NCBI GenBank assembly: GCA_964016885.1
Contig: CAXHJY010000424.1
Coordinates: 1 to 64,000 of the forward strand
Direction: 5' to 3'
Length of the DNA stretch: 64,000 bases
Origin: Eledone cirrhosa
Taxonomy: Eukaryota
The notes under the pieces are model-generated. The model saw nothing but the letters and a program-made list of their open reading frames with translations. It did no database searches and was not told the origin of the DNA. This document shows, piece by piece, positions 62,270 to 64,000 of this stretch. The position numbers and the translations under genes were made by a program. Within the stretch, counting starts at the first letter, position 1; each line of letters starts with the position of its first letter.

Positions 62270-63720
62270 AAAATATTCTCATAATCAAAATATATATTTT
62301 ATTATACATATTTCAAAGGTACAATGGTGTTTAAGTACGTTTTCATCAGACAAAATATAAGATTTGATATGTGACATACCGCTACGGTTTTGATTATTCA
62401 ATTCCAGTATTGGCAGTGATTTATTTCACCAAATCTCAACGTTTTATACCACAAATAATATGATAAACTTAAACAAGAAAAGGACGTAGGGCAAGGTAGA
62501 AATATAGAAGGGGGATGCAAAGAAGAGGAAAATGTAAGAAATAAAATAAACAAATAAATTAATAAATAAATAAATAAATGAATAAATAAATAAATAAATG
62601 AATAAAAGAAGAAAAGAAAAAGGAAAATATGAAATAGAGGGGAGAATAAAAAACCGTTGTATTGAAATGCTAGATAAAATAAGAAATCAAAAATCTATTC
62701 ACATATATCAATGAATATCGCTTGTATTGGATTATAATACTTTTATATTATATCTAGATTATTAGGTATAGATTACTTTCTATAGCAATCAAATATTTAA
62801 GTTAATTACAAATTTATATAATTTAATTTAGCTCATTCTCGATTATTATAATTTTAAATTTTAAGGTAAGATATTCTATAAATATTTTACTACAACTTTA
62901 AAAGAATTAATCTTTAAAGACTAATTAAATAATCATTAAATATGTATTAATATATAATACCTAATACCATGCATATATTCCCATCAATACATATAATATA
63001 TTTTCTTCATTTATTATCCAAATTAATTTAGAAATTCGCTTTATGAAAACTTTGTTATTATTTAATTTTCATTTATTTCTTAGAGTCCAACTGTGGTTAT
63101 ATTTACTCTCTATAATTTTATTTCATTTAATGAATGGTTATATTGACTTCTGTATTTAATTATTCTGATATATATAGTTTCCTTTTAATGATAGTCTATG
63201 TATTATTAAACTATTAATCATTATTTATTAATCCATATTTCATATTTTATATGATTTTTCAAAAAAACATTTTTACGGACAATGTAAACAAAAGGAAGAT
63301 AACTCATTCACAATATACAAGCATTTTTAACTTATAGGGAATCTCCTCTCTCACGTCCAGTGATATTTTAAAAGCCTTAAATTATCTATTGTATATATCC
63401 TAATTGATGCCTAATTAAATATTGAACTATCCTAATCAAAGTATAGGATAAAAAGACTCTTAATGAAATTATTCTATTACATATTCTATTACATATCAAT
63501 AAATTATTACTTCAATTAGGCAAAATTTATATATATTTAAATTATCAATTGTTCTTATTTTTTTAAAACTGGTACATTGCCTGGAAAGTTTTACTAATTT
63601 TATGATGACAACTACTAAATAATTCATTTATTTTGTTGATTAAATTGTCATAGTTTGTGATTATCTGAAGAATCTCTTCATTGCAAAGATAGCAAATTTC
63701 TGAGATTGTTGAGTTCATTA
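62270..63720 (-). mobile_element. PLE 3' end (GIY-YIG C-terminus, AT-rich UTR, hammerhead)
   Basis: ICYLCNEEILQII..LINKINELFSSCHHK at 63600-63710. Confidence 0.6.
62294..62358 (-). ncRNA. Type I hammerhead ribozyme, same family, opposite strand
   Basis: Minus strand TATTTTGT-CTGATGA-aaacgtac...gtaccttt-GAAAT-atgt-ATA-ATAAAATA. Confidence 0.6.
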
Positions 63721-63724
63721 ATAA

Positions 63725-64000
63725 TGAGGCATTCAAAATTATCACCAATCTTGGAATAGAGCAGAAAACAGAACCTTTCATACCAAAACAGCCGCGGATT
63801 AATTTTAAGGAGCATAAAAGAAACTTTGAGGAGGATTTACCAGTTAGACTTATAGCACCGTCTAAATCCGATCTTGGAATAATTAGTAAAAATATAATAA
63901 ATAGCATTTTACCAACACTTAAATTGAAATCCCAGCTAAATCTATGGAAAAGCACACGTGAAGTTATAGATTGGTTCAAAAATATTAAACATAAAAATAA
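63725..64000 (+). mobile_element. PLE RT N-terminal region running off the window, head-to-head with its inverted 3' piece
   Basis: EPFIPKQPRINFKEHKRNFEEDLPVRLIAPSKSDLGIISKNII...NLWKSTREVIDWFKNI. Confidence 0.75.

Overview
Eukaryotic, AT-rich DNA saturated with microsatellites and retroelements. It is most likely octopod (cephalopod); this is inferred from an abundant tRNA-headed SINE with a MetaSINE-type core and many Penelope-like elements (PLEs). Only two host genes are supported, both on the + strand and paralogous. Each encodes a Cys-rich protein built almost entirely of 37-aa six-cysteine pacifastin/VWC-half-like modules packed into one giant exon. Gene A has 57 modules in exon 7461-13834; its signal-peptide exon was not found and probably lies upstream of the window. 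Gene B is complete: TATA about 42000, exons 42107-42167, 45656-48249 and 48794-48808, 889 aa, 23 modules. The arrays show a 555-bp five-module higher-order repeat, patchy paralog identity suggesting gene conversion, two extra unpaired cysteines, and Lys/Arg at the inhibitor P1 site only in non-homogenised modules. The rest of the window is decayed PLEs (RT plus GIY-YIG) with about 10 hammerhead ribozymes that keep an intact core, about 20 SINE copies, two hAT MITEs, a non-autonomous Helitron, a LINE 3' end, minisatellites and fold-back hairpins. Most ORF-track entries are microsatellite or off-frame artefacts.
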